Source: Longimicrobiales bacterium (GTDB taxonomy: Bacteria; Gemmatimonadota; Gemmatimonadetes; Longimicrobiales; Gaopeijiaceae). From it: a DNA stretch of 64,000 nucleotides. The stretch is taken from NCBI GenBank assembly GCA_965218295.1, contig CBDCKN010000017.1:64001-128000 (forward strand). The letters are read 5' to 3'. The stretch's first letter is position 1, and every line of letters begins with the position of its first letter. Both the position numbers and the translations under genes were made by a program. Below are positions 1-8,024 of this stretch, in pieces. The notes beneath the pieces are model-generated. The model saw only the letters and a list, made by a program, of their open reading frames with translations. It searched no databases and was not told the DNA's origin.

Positions 1-537
1 CTACGAACCACGAACCGCGGAGTCTGGGCCGCCGGTGACGTCACCGGAGGACTCCAATTTACCCATGTGGCCGACTACATGGCGAAGAAGGCTCTCCGGA
101 ACGCGCTCCTCCCCTTGAGCTCCCATGTCGACTACAGTCGGGTCCCGTGGGTCACCTACACGGATCCCGAGGTCGCCCACGTGGGACTCAGCGCCGACGA
201 TGCTTCCGCCCGGGGAGCCAAGACGTACACGTACGAGTTCGACGACCTGGACCGGGCGATCACGGACGCCCAGACACTCGGCTTCGTGAAGATCTCGGCG
301 GACTCTAAAGGCCGCATCCTGGGCGCGACCATCCTGGGTCACGGTGCGGGCGAGCTTCTCCAGCCCATCGTTCTGGCCATGACCCACGGACTGCCACTCT
401 CGAAGATCGCGGACACGATCTTCCCGTATCCCACGATGGCGGAGGGGGTCAAGCAAGCCGCCAACGTCTATCAGCGAACGCGCCTCGAGGGTCCTGCCGG
501 ACGTGTCTTGAAGAAGGTGGTCTCATGGCTGGCGTGA
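1..537 (+). CDS. Pyridine nucleotide-disulfide oxidoreductase (mercuric reductase/dihydrolipoamide dehydrogenase-like), C-terminal part, 5'-truncated by window
   Basis: Frame 1 is open from base 1: VWAAGDVTGGLQFTHVA (second FAD motif), VPWVTYTDPEVAHVG, GRILGATILG, FPYPTMAE dimerisation domain; no C-terminal Cys-Cys. Confidence 0.85.
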   Translation, partial: LRTTNRGVWAAGDVTGGLQFTHVADYMAKKALRNALLPLSSHVDYSRVPWVTYTDPEVAHVGLSADDASARGAKTYTYEFDDLDRAITDAQTLGFVKISADSKGRILGATILGHGAGELLQPIVLAMTHGLPLSKIADTIFPYPTMAEGVKQAANVYQRTRLEGPAGRVLKKVVSWLA

Positions 538-2027
538 GCGGCCACGCCAACAGGGGAGGGCGCGCCTATGTGAAGCTTGCGCTCTTCGCTCTCGTCATCC
601 TCAGCGGATTCCTGCTGGCCCGCTTCACCCCTCTTGGCGCCCTCCTCACCCAGGAAGGGATTGGCCGGGCCATCGGAGAGCTGCGGGGCTCGGTGTGGGC
701 ACCCGTTCTCTTCATCTCGCTATACGCCGGGGCCACCGCCATGGCGATCCCCGGTACGATTTTGACGTTGGCGGGGGGCGCCCTTTTCGGGTTCTTCTGG
801 GGGACGGTGTTAAACACCATCGCCGCGAACATCGGGGCCAGCATGGCCTTCTTCGTGGCGCGCTTCCTGGGTCGTGAGGGTGTGGAGAGACTCGGCGGGC
901 GACGGCTCGAGAAGCTGGACGAGGCCACCAGGGAGCACGGGTTCCAGGGCCTCTTTCTGCTGCGCCTGGTTCCCCTGGTGCCCTTCAACGCCCTAAACTT
1001 CGGGTCCGGGCTCACCGCCCTTCGCTGGCGCACGTACGCCCTGGCCACCGTCATCGGAATCTTCCCCGGTACGGTCGTGTACACAATGTTTGCGGACGCC
1101 CTGCTCCAGGGCTCGCAGGAGGCCTCGCGCGAGGCCCTGATCCGAGTTCTGATATCGGGTGCTCTGTTGGTATTCCTCAGCTTCCTGCCGAAGATCATGA
1201 AACGACTCAACATCAAGATCCCGGGCCTCTCGCCACTCCTCCTCGCCCTGATCCTGATCCCGAACGGTCTGCCGGGCCAGAAGAGCGGCGCTCTACCGGA
1301 CCACTCCGCATTTGACATGGTCCTCGAGCACGCGGTGAAGAAGTCACTGGTCGACTACGCCGCACTCAAGGCCAACCGTCACGGCCTGGACGCCTATCTC
1401 CAGGCGATGGCCGAAACGGACCCAGAAGTCCTGGCCGCGGCCTCCCATTCGTCCCGCCTGGCTTTCTGGATCAACGCCTACAACGCCTGCATGCTCCGGC
1501 AGGTCGTCGATCACTATCCGATACAGAAGAACACACGCCTTCTGGACCGCGCCACGAACGCGATCCTGAGCCGGCCCGAGAACTCAGTGTGGCAGATCCC
1601 CGACGTGTTCAAGCGCGAGCACTGCACGATCGCCGGCGAGGTTCGCTCCCAGGACCAGATCGAGCACGAGATCATCCGGCCCATGGGCGACCCCAGGATT
1701 CACTTCGCCGTGAACTGTGCAGCCATGAGCTGCCCGCCGCTCCAGACCTGGGCGCATACGGCCGATGAGCTCGACGAGCAGCTCGACCGGATCGTACGCG
1801 CCTTTATGGGCAATCCGGTCAACTTCGAGCTCGAGACCGGAGAGCGTTCCGTGCTCCGGCTGAACAAGGTTCTCGACTGGTACGGCGACGACTTCGGGGG
1901 GACCGAAGGTCTCCGCGAGTTCTTCGCGTCCTACCTCGAAGGGGACGAAGGCGGCACCAGGCTCAGTCCCGACACCAGGATCGAGTTCTTCGAGTACGAT
2001 TGGACTCTGAACGACGTCCCTCGCTGA
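525..2027 (+). CDS. TVP38/TMEM64 (DedA/VTT) membrane domain fused to DUF547 domain
   Basis: N-half hydrophobic with PGTILTLAGGALFG and LLRLVPLVPFNALN; C-half with LAFWINAYNA, DPRIHFAVNCAAMSCPPL and YDWTLND. Confidence 0.85.
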   Translation: MAGVSGHANRGGRAYVKLALFALVILSGFLLARFTPLGALLTQEGIGRAIGELRGSVWAPVLFISLYAGATAMAIPGTILTLAGGALFGFFWGTVLNTIAANIGASMAFFVARFLGREGVERLGGRRLEKLDEATREHGFQGLFLLRLVPLVPFNALNFGSGLTALRWRTYALATVIGIFPGTVVYTMFADALLQGSQEASREALIRVLISGALLVFLSFLPKIMKRLNIKIPGLSPLLLALILIPNGLPGQKSGALPDHSAFDMVLEHAVKKSLVDYAALKANRHGLDAYLQAMAETDPEVLAAASHSSRLAFWINAYNACMLRQVVDHYPIQKNTRLLDRATNAILSRPENSVWQIPDVFKREHCTIAGEVRSQDQIEHEIIRPMGDPRIHFAVNCAAMSCPPLQTWAHTADELDEQLDRIVRAFMGNPVNFELETGERSVLRLNKVLDWYGDDFGGTEGLREFFASYLEGDEGGTRLSPDTRIEFFEYDWTLNDVPR

Positions 2028-2037
2028 CGAGGCACCG

Positions 2038-3333
2038 GTGCGGAGCGCAGGACCCCCCTCTCCAGACTGCCTGGGAGTGGTGGTCCCCACCCTCAACGAG
2101 GCCGAGTACCTCCCTTCCCTCCTGGCCGACCTGTCGGAGATGACTATCCCGTCTATGGTGGTCGTAGCCGACGGTGGATCGACGGACGCCACCCGTGAGC
2201 TGGCACGGGCCGGCGGCGCCACGGTGATCGTGGCCAGAAGAGGAAGGGCGCATCAGATGAACGCCGGAGCCCGCGTCCTCCGGACCCCCTGGATCCTGTT
2301 CCTCCATGCCGACTCGCGGCTCCCCCCCGAGGCCCGGGATTGTCTGGCCCAGCGATTGGCCAACGACTCCGACACGAGGCCCGGGTACTTTCGCTTCTCC
2401 CTCGACGGGAGGGGCTGGTTCTGGCGATTCATCGAGCTCGGGCAGTCCCTGAGGGAACGCATCACTCGCCTGGCCTACGGTGATCAGGGCCTGCTGGTGC
2501 ACCGGATCGACCTGGAGGCCGTCGGGGGCTTTCCGCCGATCCCTATCATGGAGGATGTGGCGATCCTGCGTGCGCTCCGCGCCAGGGGAGCCGTGCAACG
2601 CCTTCCGGCCGCTCTTCCCACCAGCCCCCGCCGCTTCGAGGAGGAGGGTCGATGGCGCGCCTGGCTCCGCAACATCAGGGTGTTGAGCATGACCCTCGCA
2701 GGAGCGGCCCCCGAGAGGTTCACCCCTTTCTATCCCGCGCGGAGGGCCACGGCGCCCGCCAACCGGCTGGCCCTCGTCTTCGTTAAGGCCCCGAGACCTG
2801 GGAAGGTCAAGACGCGGCTGGCGGTAGGGATCGGCGCGCAGGCCGCCGCCGACCTGTACGCCACCATGGCTTCGGACGCCGTGGAGCGTCTCCGGTCTCC
2901 GGCGTACGATCTGCTGGTGTGCTACGACCCGCCCACCGCGGCCGAAGAGGTCCAGGCTTGGCTGGGGGACGACACCACACTCACGCCTCAGGCAGAGGGA
3001 GATCTGGGGCATCGCATGTGGTGTGCACTGCGTGACGGCCTGGAGGTGGCGAGCCAGGCGTGCGTCGTGGGAACCGACGTGCCCGACCTGGATGCCGGCC
3101 TGGTGGAAGAATCGTTCGACGCGCTGTCGCAGGCCGACGTAGTGATCGGGCCCGCCGCCGACGGAGGGTACTACCTCGTGGCTCTCCAGCGTCCCATCCC
3201 GGAGTTGTTCGATGACATCCCGTGGAGCACCCCCGAGGTGCTTGACCGCACCCTGGAGGCGGCCCGCGGCCTGGGACTCAGGGTGTGTACGCTGAAGACC
3301 CTGAGGGACGTGGACACGGCCGCCGACCTTTAG
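2038..3333 (+). CDS. Fusion of TIGR04283-type GT2 glycosyltransferase and TIGR04282/DUF2064-type transferase (arsenosugar/rSAM-selenodomain-associated)
   Basis: N-half VVVPTLNEA, ADGGSTD, GRAHQMNAGA, LFLHAD, YGDQG, IMEDV, TSPRRF; C-half FVKAPRPGKVKTRLA, QAEGDLGHRM, GTDVP, IGPAADGGYYL, LRDVDT. Confidence 0.85.
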   Translation: MRSAGPPSPDCLGVVVPTLNEAEYLPSLLADLSEMTIPSMVVVADGGSTDATRELARAGGATVIVARRGRAHQMNAGARVLRTPWILFLHADSRLPPEARDCLAQRLANDSDTRPGYFRFSLDGRGWFWRFIELGQSLRERITRLAYGDQGLLVHRIDLEAVGGFPPIPIMEDVAILRALRARGAVQRLPAALPTSPRRFEEEGRWRAWLRNIRVLSMTLAGAAPERFTPFYPARRATAPANRLALVFVKAPRPGKVKTRLAVGIGAQAAADLYATMASDAVERLRSPAYDLLVCYDPPTAAEEVQAWLGDDTTLTPQAEGDLGHRMWCALRDGLEVASQACVVGTDVPDLDAGLVEESFDALSQADVVIGPAADGGYYLVALQRPIPELFDDIPWSTPEVLDRTLEAARGLGLRVCTLKTLRDVDTAADL

Positions 3334-3355
3334 GGCCACCGCAGTTGCGGTTGCC

Positions 3356-4735
3356 TCAACCCGCGTAGGCTTGCCACACGCCGGGCCGCACGGGCACGTA
3401 GACGATCTCCCACGGCTCGCGCACGTTCCGCATCACGAAAAGGGGTACGCCCATGTACTCCGAGACCTGTCGGATGGCGTCGCAGCTGAGCCGCACCGGG
3501 CCCGGCGAAGGGTCGAAGTTACGCCCGTCGAAGAGGATCGACGCCTCTGCCTGGAACCAGGACCGGGCCTCGGCGTAGGTGCCGGCGAAGTCCACGGCGG
3601 GCCTCAGCTCCTCCAGTGGAACCCGCGAAGGACCCACCAGGGTTGCGCCGCCCTTGGTGATGAGCACGTCCACCGACTCGCCGGTCGCCAGACAGATCGT
3701 GGTGGGCGTGCCCGTGGGAAGCGGCGCTCTCACCACCACCGTATCCGGTGGCGGCGCAGGTAGGACGACGATCTCTCCCACGGGACGGTCACGAAGAGTG
3801 GCCTTGCAGAGGCGGGCACCGCAGAGGGCCACCGACATCTTCAGGCCGAATTTCGAGCTTCGGTAGACCGACGCATCCGTGGAGTAGTTCACGCCCAGGA
3901 CGTGCGCTCCGACGACCACGCCGTCCAGATCCAGCTGGCCTCCCAGATTCCAGTCGAACCCGTTGTACTCGCTCATGAGGGTGAAGATCTTGCTGTGGCC
4001 CACTTGGAGGTGCCACGCGGCACCGGCGAACCAGCCCTCGCTGTCCGAGAACTCGTGCCAGTCCAGGCCGTCTCCCTCTTTGAAGAGTCCGTTGCCCCAC
4101 CCGGCGCTCAACGTGAAGTCGTGCCTCGGGAGGAATCCCGAGGCGAATCCCGGAAGATCCGCACCAGCCACGGCGTAGAAGGAGAACTCGGTGCCGATGC
4201 TCGACGTGCCGATCCGGTCGCGCATTCGACGATCGGCCCTACCCAGGCGAGTCGGAGCGTACTCGACCCCGTCGCCGAAGTCGGGGCTGTTCAGGTAGCG
4301 ACCACCGACCGCCAGGCCCAGTCCGTGAACCTGGGGATTGAGGAGCGAAAGGCGTCCAAAGGCGCCCCAAAGGGCGCCACCTCCCTCCGTTCCCTCCAGA
4401 GATTGGACCGTGGCCCCCACCTCGAGAAGGTCGAACAGTCCTAGAGCAAGCGCCAGATCTCCGTTCCAGCCACCCTCGAAGGGCTCAGTGCCCGTGATCC
4501 CACCCTCTCCGTCGGTAGAGAAGTCGACGTCGTTGCTGGTCCAAAACCCTGAATAGGTGCCCGTGAGCGCCATATGGGGGAGGACGCTGGCCACCGGGAT
4601 GTCCAGCAATCCGGAGCCGTGCCGCAAGGTGCCGGAGATTTTCGTGGACTGTCCTGACGCCGCGAAGGCGATGGTCAGGACAAATACGATCGTGTGAAGC
4701 ACGACCGCGCGGGTCCTCTTGAGCGTGGTCTTCAT
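3356..4735 (-). CDS. Secreted/outer-membrane protein (YjbH-like beta-strand N-domain, Pro linker, unknown C-terminal domain)
   Basis: Signal peptide ending AFAASG-Q; Gly/aromatic-rich alternating beta-strands; PAPPPDT linker; RBS AAGGGAGG upstream. Confidence 0.6.
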   Translation of the reverse strand: MKTTLKRTRAVVLHTIVFVLTIAFAASGQSTKISGTLRHGSGLLDIPVASVLPHMALTGTYSGFWTSNDVDFSTDGEGGITGTEPFEGGWNGDLALALGLFDLLEVGATVQSLEGTEGGGALWGAFGRLSLLNPQVHGLGLAVGGRYLNSPDFGDGVEYAPTRLGRADRRMRDRIGTSSIGTEFSFYAVAGADLPGFASGFLPRHDFTLSAGWGNGLFKEGDGLDWHEFSDSEGWFAGAAWHLQVGHSKIFTLMSEYNGFDWNLGGQLDLDGVVVGAHVLGVNYSTDASVYRSSKFGLKMSVALCGARLCKATLRDRPVGEIVVLPAPPPDTVVVRAPLPTGTPTTICLATGESVDVLITKGGATLVGPSRVPLEELRPAVDFAGTYAEARSWFQAEASILFDGRNFDPSPGPVRLSCDAIRQVSEYMGVPLFVMRNVREPWEIVYVPVRPGVWQAYAG

Positions 4736-4811
4736 GACGGCGGCCTCCCTTCTTTCGTCCAGCCTCCCGACTCGTTATAGGGCGTCCGAACGAGCCCCAC
4801 CCTACTCACCT

Positions 4812-4827
4812 TGCCAGATGTGTGCCA
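4812..4827 (-). promoter_or_regulatory. Putative sigma54 (-24/-12) promoter
   Basis: Minus strand TGGCACACATCTGGCA = GG-N10-GC, about 77 bp upstream of the ATG at 4735. Confidence 0.55.
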
Positions 4828-4917
4828 GAACTCCGTCTCCGGCGCGCCGCACCCGCTGAGTGGGAGCCCTCGAGATCATGTCCCCGAGGAGACGGTCCTC
4901 GCGGACCGCCTGCACGA

Positions 4918-5092
4918 CGTCGTGTTTAACCTCATCAAAGTCGATCACGGTTGGTGGGGTGCCCAATTCATGGAACAGTACGTTCTGGGACGAGTGAGCT
5001 GGAAATCCCTGATCCGCTACGTCATCCCGCCGGTTCTTGCCTTTCTGGCCTGGGTGGCATTCCGCGACATGGTGATTACCCTCGCGGGGTGA
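4918..5092 (+). pseudogene. Possible 3' remnant of a membrane transporter (NSS/SNF-like C-terminus)
   Basis: WKSLIRYVIPPVLAFLAW resembles the last helix of sodium:neurotransmitter symporters; no credible start; orphan in an intergenic gap. Confidence 0.25.
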
Positions 5093-5171
5093 GGTCTGTC
5101 AGCCACGTAGAACACAGCATTACGGAGCGGAGCGAAGACCGCTCAAGACGGCCGCGGCGGACTCCTCATGG

Positions 5172-5209
5172 GTGTTCCGTTGCCGAGACACTCTGGAAAC
5201 GGGACACTA
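5172..5209. mobile_element. Collapsed (ends-only) copy of MITE family B
   Basis: GTGTTCCGTTGCCGA identical to 27801-27815, then GACACTCTGGAAACGGGACACTA matching the right end at 27960-27982. Confidence 0.7.
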
Positions 5210-5449
5210 TCCCTTGCCGAGTCGCTCCTCAACACGACGGAGGCGATGGGCCATGGCTATGAGCCAGCCGAAGACGAGGACCCACGCAATGGCGTAAGCG
5301 ATGAAGACGTGCCAGTACGGCCGGCCCAGGGTCTGTCGGCCCAGGGCGCCGGCCTCCTGGGCCAGAAGCGTCAGTGGGCTCGCATACACCGCCAGAAGCA
5401 GCATCCCGACCACGGTGACGAGCCGGGTGTATCGCTTGAGGTCGTTCAT
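5207..5449 (-). CDS. ccmD: CcmD-like heme exporter small membrane protein (80 aa)
   Basis: ATGA overlap with the ccmC stop; YWHVFIAYAIAWVLVFGW then RLRRVEERL, typical of CcmD. Confidence 0.7.
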   Translation of the reverse strand: MNDLKRYTRLVTVVGMLLLAVYASPLTLLAQEAGALGRQTLGRPYWHVFIAYAIAWVLVFGWLIAMAHRLRRVEERLGKG

Positions 5450-6159
5450 GAGACTTCCGCTCCGTGGGCAAGCGCCGGGGTCACCTCTCGTAGGGCCAGC
5501 TCGCGCTCCAAGCGCTCCACTGCATAACGCGCCAGGAAAAGTGAGAAGAAGAGGAGGGTGAAGGCCAGGAGGCCGACCATGAGCGTTAAAAGCATGGCGG
5601 AGTCGAGGTTCGGACCGTCGGGCCTCAAGACGACGGCCTCGGGATGGAGCGAACGCAGCCAGCTCACGCTGATGTGGATGAAGGGGATGTCCAGTACGCC
5701 GATGATGCCGACCACGGCCGCCAGACGCTTCCCCTGCTCCGGGTTGGGTGTGCTCTTCCGCACCAGAAAGTACCCGAGATAGATGAACCACAGCAGGAGC
5801 GCCAGCGTAAGTCTGGGCTCCCAGGTCCACCAGGCGCCCCAGGCGACCCTGCCCCAGAGAGGACCGGTCAGAAGGCCAATGGTGGCGAACAGCATCCCTC
5901 CCTCGGCCGCGGCCACGGCGGCCATGTCCAGCCGCTCGTCTCCGAGCCATAAGTACACGGCGCTACATAGGGCGACCATCCCGAACGCAAGAAAGGTGAT
6001 CCACCACGCAGGCACGTGGACGTAGAAGATCCGCTGGATGATGCCCATGCTTGACTCGGTGGGCACCCAGAAAAACACCATCCAGTGCAAGACCACCACC
6101 GCCGCGATCCCGAGGGTGCCGAGACCGACGACTCCCCACCGGACTCGTTTGAGGTTCAT
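5446..6159 (-). CDS. ccmC: Heme exporter protein C
   Basis: RIFYVHVP, WWD domain WGAWWTWEPRL, second His in SLHP. Confidence 0.95.
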   Translation of the reverse strand: MNLKRVRWGVVGLGTLGIAAVVVLHWMVFFWVPTESSMGIIQRIFYVHVPAWWITFLAFGMVALCSAVYLWLGDERLDMAAVAAAEGGMLFATIGLLTGPLWGRVAWGAWWTWEPRLTLALLLWFIYLGYFLVRKSTPNPEQGKRLAAVVGIIGVLDIPFIHISVSWLRSLHPEAVVLRPDGPNLDSAMLLTLMVGLLAFTLLFFSLFLARYAVERLERELALREVTPALAHGAEVS

Positions 6160-6169
6160 TGGGCCCCCC

Positions 6170-6850
6170 TCATTCTTCGATCACGAAACGAAACAACCAT
6201 GCTCCCGCGATCAAGAACACGAGAGAGAACGCAGCCAACATCCGTATGTTTCCGCTCACCTCGGCGATGGGCCGCCCCGCGAACAAGCGACCCGTGGCCG
6301 TCGTCCCGTAGATGACCACCGGCACAACCAGAGGAAAGACGAGAACGGGAAGCAAGCTCTCTCCCATGGTGCTCCTCGTCGCCATGGCGCTGAAGAGTGT
6401 GGTGAGCGCCACGAAGCCCAAAACCCCCAAGCCGACAACCCCGGCCAGGACCATGGGGTTCCCGGTGAACGTCAGGTTGAAGAAGGCGCCGAAGACGATG
6501 AACACGAGCCCGACGATGATCGCGAGCAGGATGAAGTTCGCCAGGACCTTGCCCAGATAGAGAGCGTCCAGCGGAATGGGGCTCTGGAGGAGCCCCGCCA
6601 GGGCACCGTCTTCCTCCTCCAGCTGGAAGGTCCGCCCCAGGCCTAACATTCCCCCGAAGAGGATGGTCATCCATATCAGTCCGGCCGCGATGGCTTGAGG
6701 CCGGACCTGAGACGTATCGATGGCATAGTTGAAGAGGACGCCTACGAGCACGGCGAAAGCGCCCATGGCCGCCAGCCGCTCGTGGGTCCGCATCTCGATC
6801 ATCACGTCCTTGCGGGCGATGGTCCAGACGATGCGAAGGTAGTCAATCAT
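6170..6850 (-). CDS. ccmB: Heme exporter protein B
   Basis: KDVMIEMR, EEEDGALAGL, YLGKVLAN, LLPVLVFPLVVP; six TM segments. Confidence 0.93.
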   Translation of the reverse strand: MIDYLRIVWTIARKDVMIEMRTHERLAAMGAFAVLVGVLFNYAIDTSQVRPQAIAAGLIWMTILFGGMLGLGRTFQLEEEDGALAGLLQSPIPLDALYLGKVLANFILLAIIVGLVFIVFGAFFNLTFTGNPMVLAGVVGLGVLGFVALTTLFSAMATRSTMGESLLPVLVFPLVVPVVIYGTTATGRLFAGRPIAEVSGNIRMLAAFSLVFLIAGAWLFRFVIEE

Positions 6851-7578
6851 TCCGCAGCCTCGACGGTGGCCCGATAGAACCCTTCGAAGCCGTCGGCGTC
6901 CCAGCTGCCCCGATCCTCGACCGCCACAAACCGGCCGCGGAACTGGATGGCCACCCGGTCCGCGATCTCGAGACCCTGTCCGAGATTGTGGGTGACCAGG
7001 ACGACGGTGCGTCGTCCATCCTTCAGCGAGGCGAGCTGATCACGTAGGACCGCAGCAGCGTGGGCGTCGAGTCCCGTGTACGGCTCGTCCAGGAGGACGA
7101 CCTCCGGGTCGTGCAGGAGCGCCCGCACCAACGCGACTCGCTGCTTGAAGCCCCGGGAGAGATCTCGAACAGGCGTCGACGCGCACTCGGTCAGCCCGGC
7201 CCGGGCGAGTCGCTCCGGAATACGGTCGTGAAGGTCCTTCAGGCCGAAGAGGCGTCCGAAGAAGCGTAGGTTCTCCTCGGTCGAGAGCCGACCGTAGAGC
7301 AGGCTCTGATGAGAAACCACGCCCACCCGGCTACGCCACTCGCGCTCGCCGATGTCTGCGGGCTCACCCGCCACCCGCACGCGACCTCCCGTCGGCCTCA
7401 GCGTACCGGCTAGCATGCGGAGCAGGGTGGTTTTTCCGGCTCCATTGGGGCCGAAGACCGAAAGAAGCTCACCGGGGGCGAGCCGGAAGCTGACTCCGTC
7501 GACGGCCCGAAGGCCCCCGAAGGTGCGGACGAGTCCCTCGGCCTCCAGGCCGAAGCTCGAGGCACCTAGTGTTCCCAC
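6847..7578 (-). CDS. ccmA: Heme exporter ABC ATP-binding protein
   Basis: Walker A GPNGAGKTT, LSRG signature, LLDEPYTGLD; GTG start 2 nt after the upstream stop (start inferred). Confidence 0.92.
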   Translation of the reverse strand: MGTLGASSFGLEAEGLVRTFGGLRAVDGVSFRLAPGELLSVFGPNGAGKTTLLRMLAGTLRPTGGRVRVAGEPADIGEREWRSRVGVVSHQSLLYGRLSTEENLRFFGRLFGLKDLHDRIPERLARAGLTECASTPVRDLSRGFKQRVALVRALLHDPEVVLLDEPYTGLDAHAAAVLRDQLASLKDGRRTVVLVTHNLGQGLEIADRVAIQFRGRFVAVEDRGSWDADGFEGFYRATVEAAE

Positions 7579-7579
7579 A

Positions 7580-8023
7580 CTAGCCCGCGGTGGGGGTCTT
7601 GGGAGCCGCGGCCGCCAGGGGGCGACCACAACCGGCACAGAACCGGCTCCCTTCCACGTTCACGTGTCCGCACTCAGGGCACGTGCGCCCCTCGGCGAGA
7701 CCGCGGCGTGCTCGGGAGATCTCCTCCTCCAGCGCGTCCGCCTCGGAAAGAGCCGGATCGGCCTTCCCCTCCTCCATGGCCGCCAGGGCCTCTCGGGACA
7801 TTTCCGCCTTGAGCGCCCGGTAGTCGTCTTCATCGAGCTTCCCCGACCGGTAGTCGTACTCCGCGTCACGGAGGCCCTTCAGGGCGACGCGCTTTCTGGC
7901 TTCGATCTCGGTGGGCTCCTCGTACGACCGTTGGAGCGACGCCCACTCGCCTCGCAGGATGGGGATCAGCAGGAAAAGGATGACGCCGACGGTGAGCAGC
8001 GTCGCTCCGACGATGAGACCCAC
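7580..8023 (-). CDS. CcmI-N-like membrane-anchored protein with C-terminal zinc ribbon
   Basis: N-terminal TM, LRDAEYDYRSGKLDEDDY helix, CPECGH...FCAGCG. Confidence 0.7.
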   Translation of the reverse strand: MGLIVGATLLTVGVILFLLIPILRGEWASLQRSYEEPTEIEARKRVALKGLRDAEYDYRSGKLDEDDYRALKAEMSREALAAMEEGKADPALSEADALEEEISRARRGLAEGRTCPECGHVNVEGSRFCAGCGRPLAAAAPKTPTAG

Positions 8024-8024
8024 A

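Noticed and set aside
1..537. merA mercury resistance gene
   Set aside because: No C-terminal Cys pair and no mer genes visible; the context is the DedA/DUF547/TIGR04282-3 cluster
7660..7690. CPECGH as a heme-binding motif
   Set aside because: It is CxxCGH paired with a second CxxC, i.e. a zinc ribbon, not CxxCH
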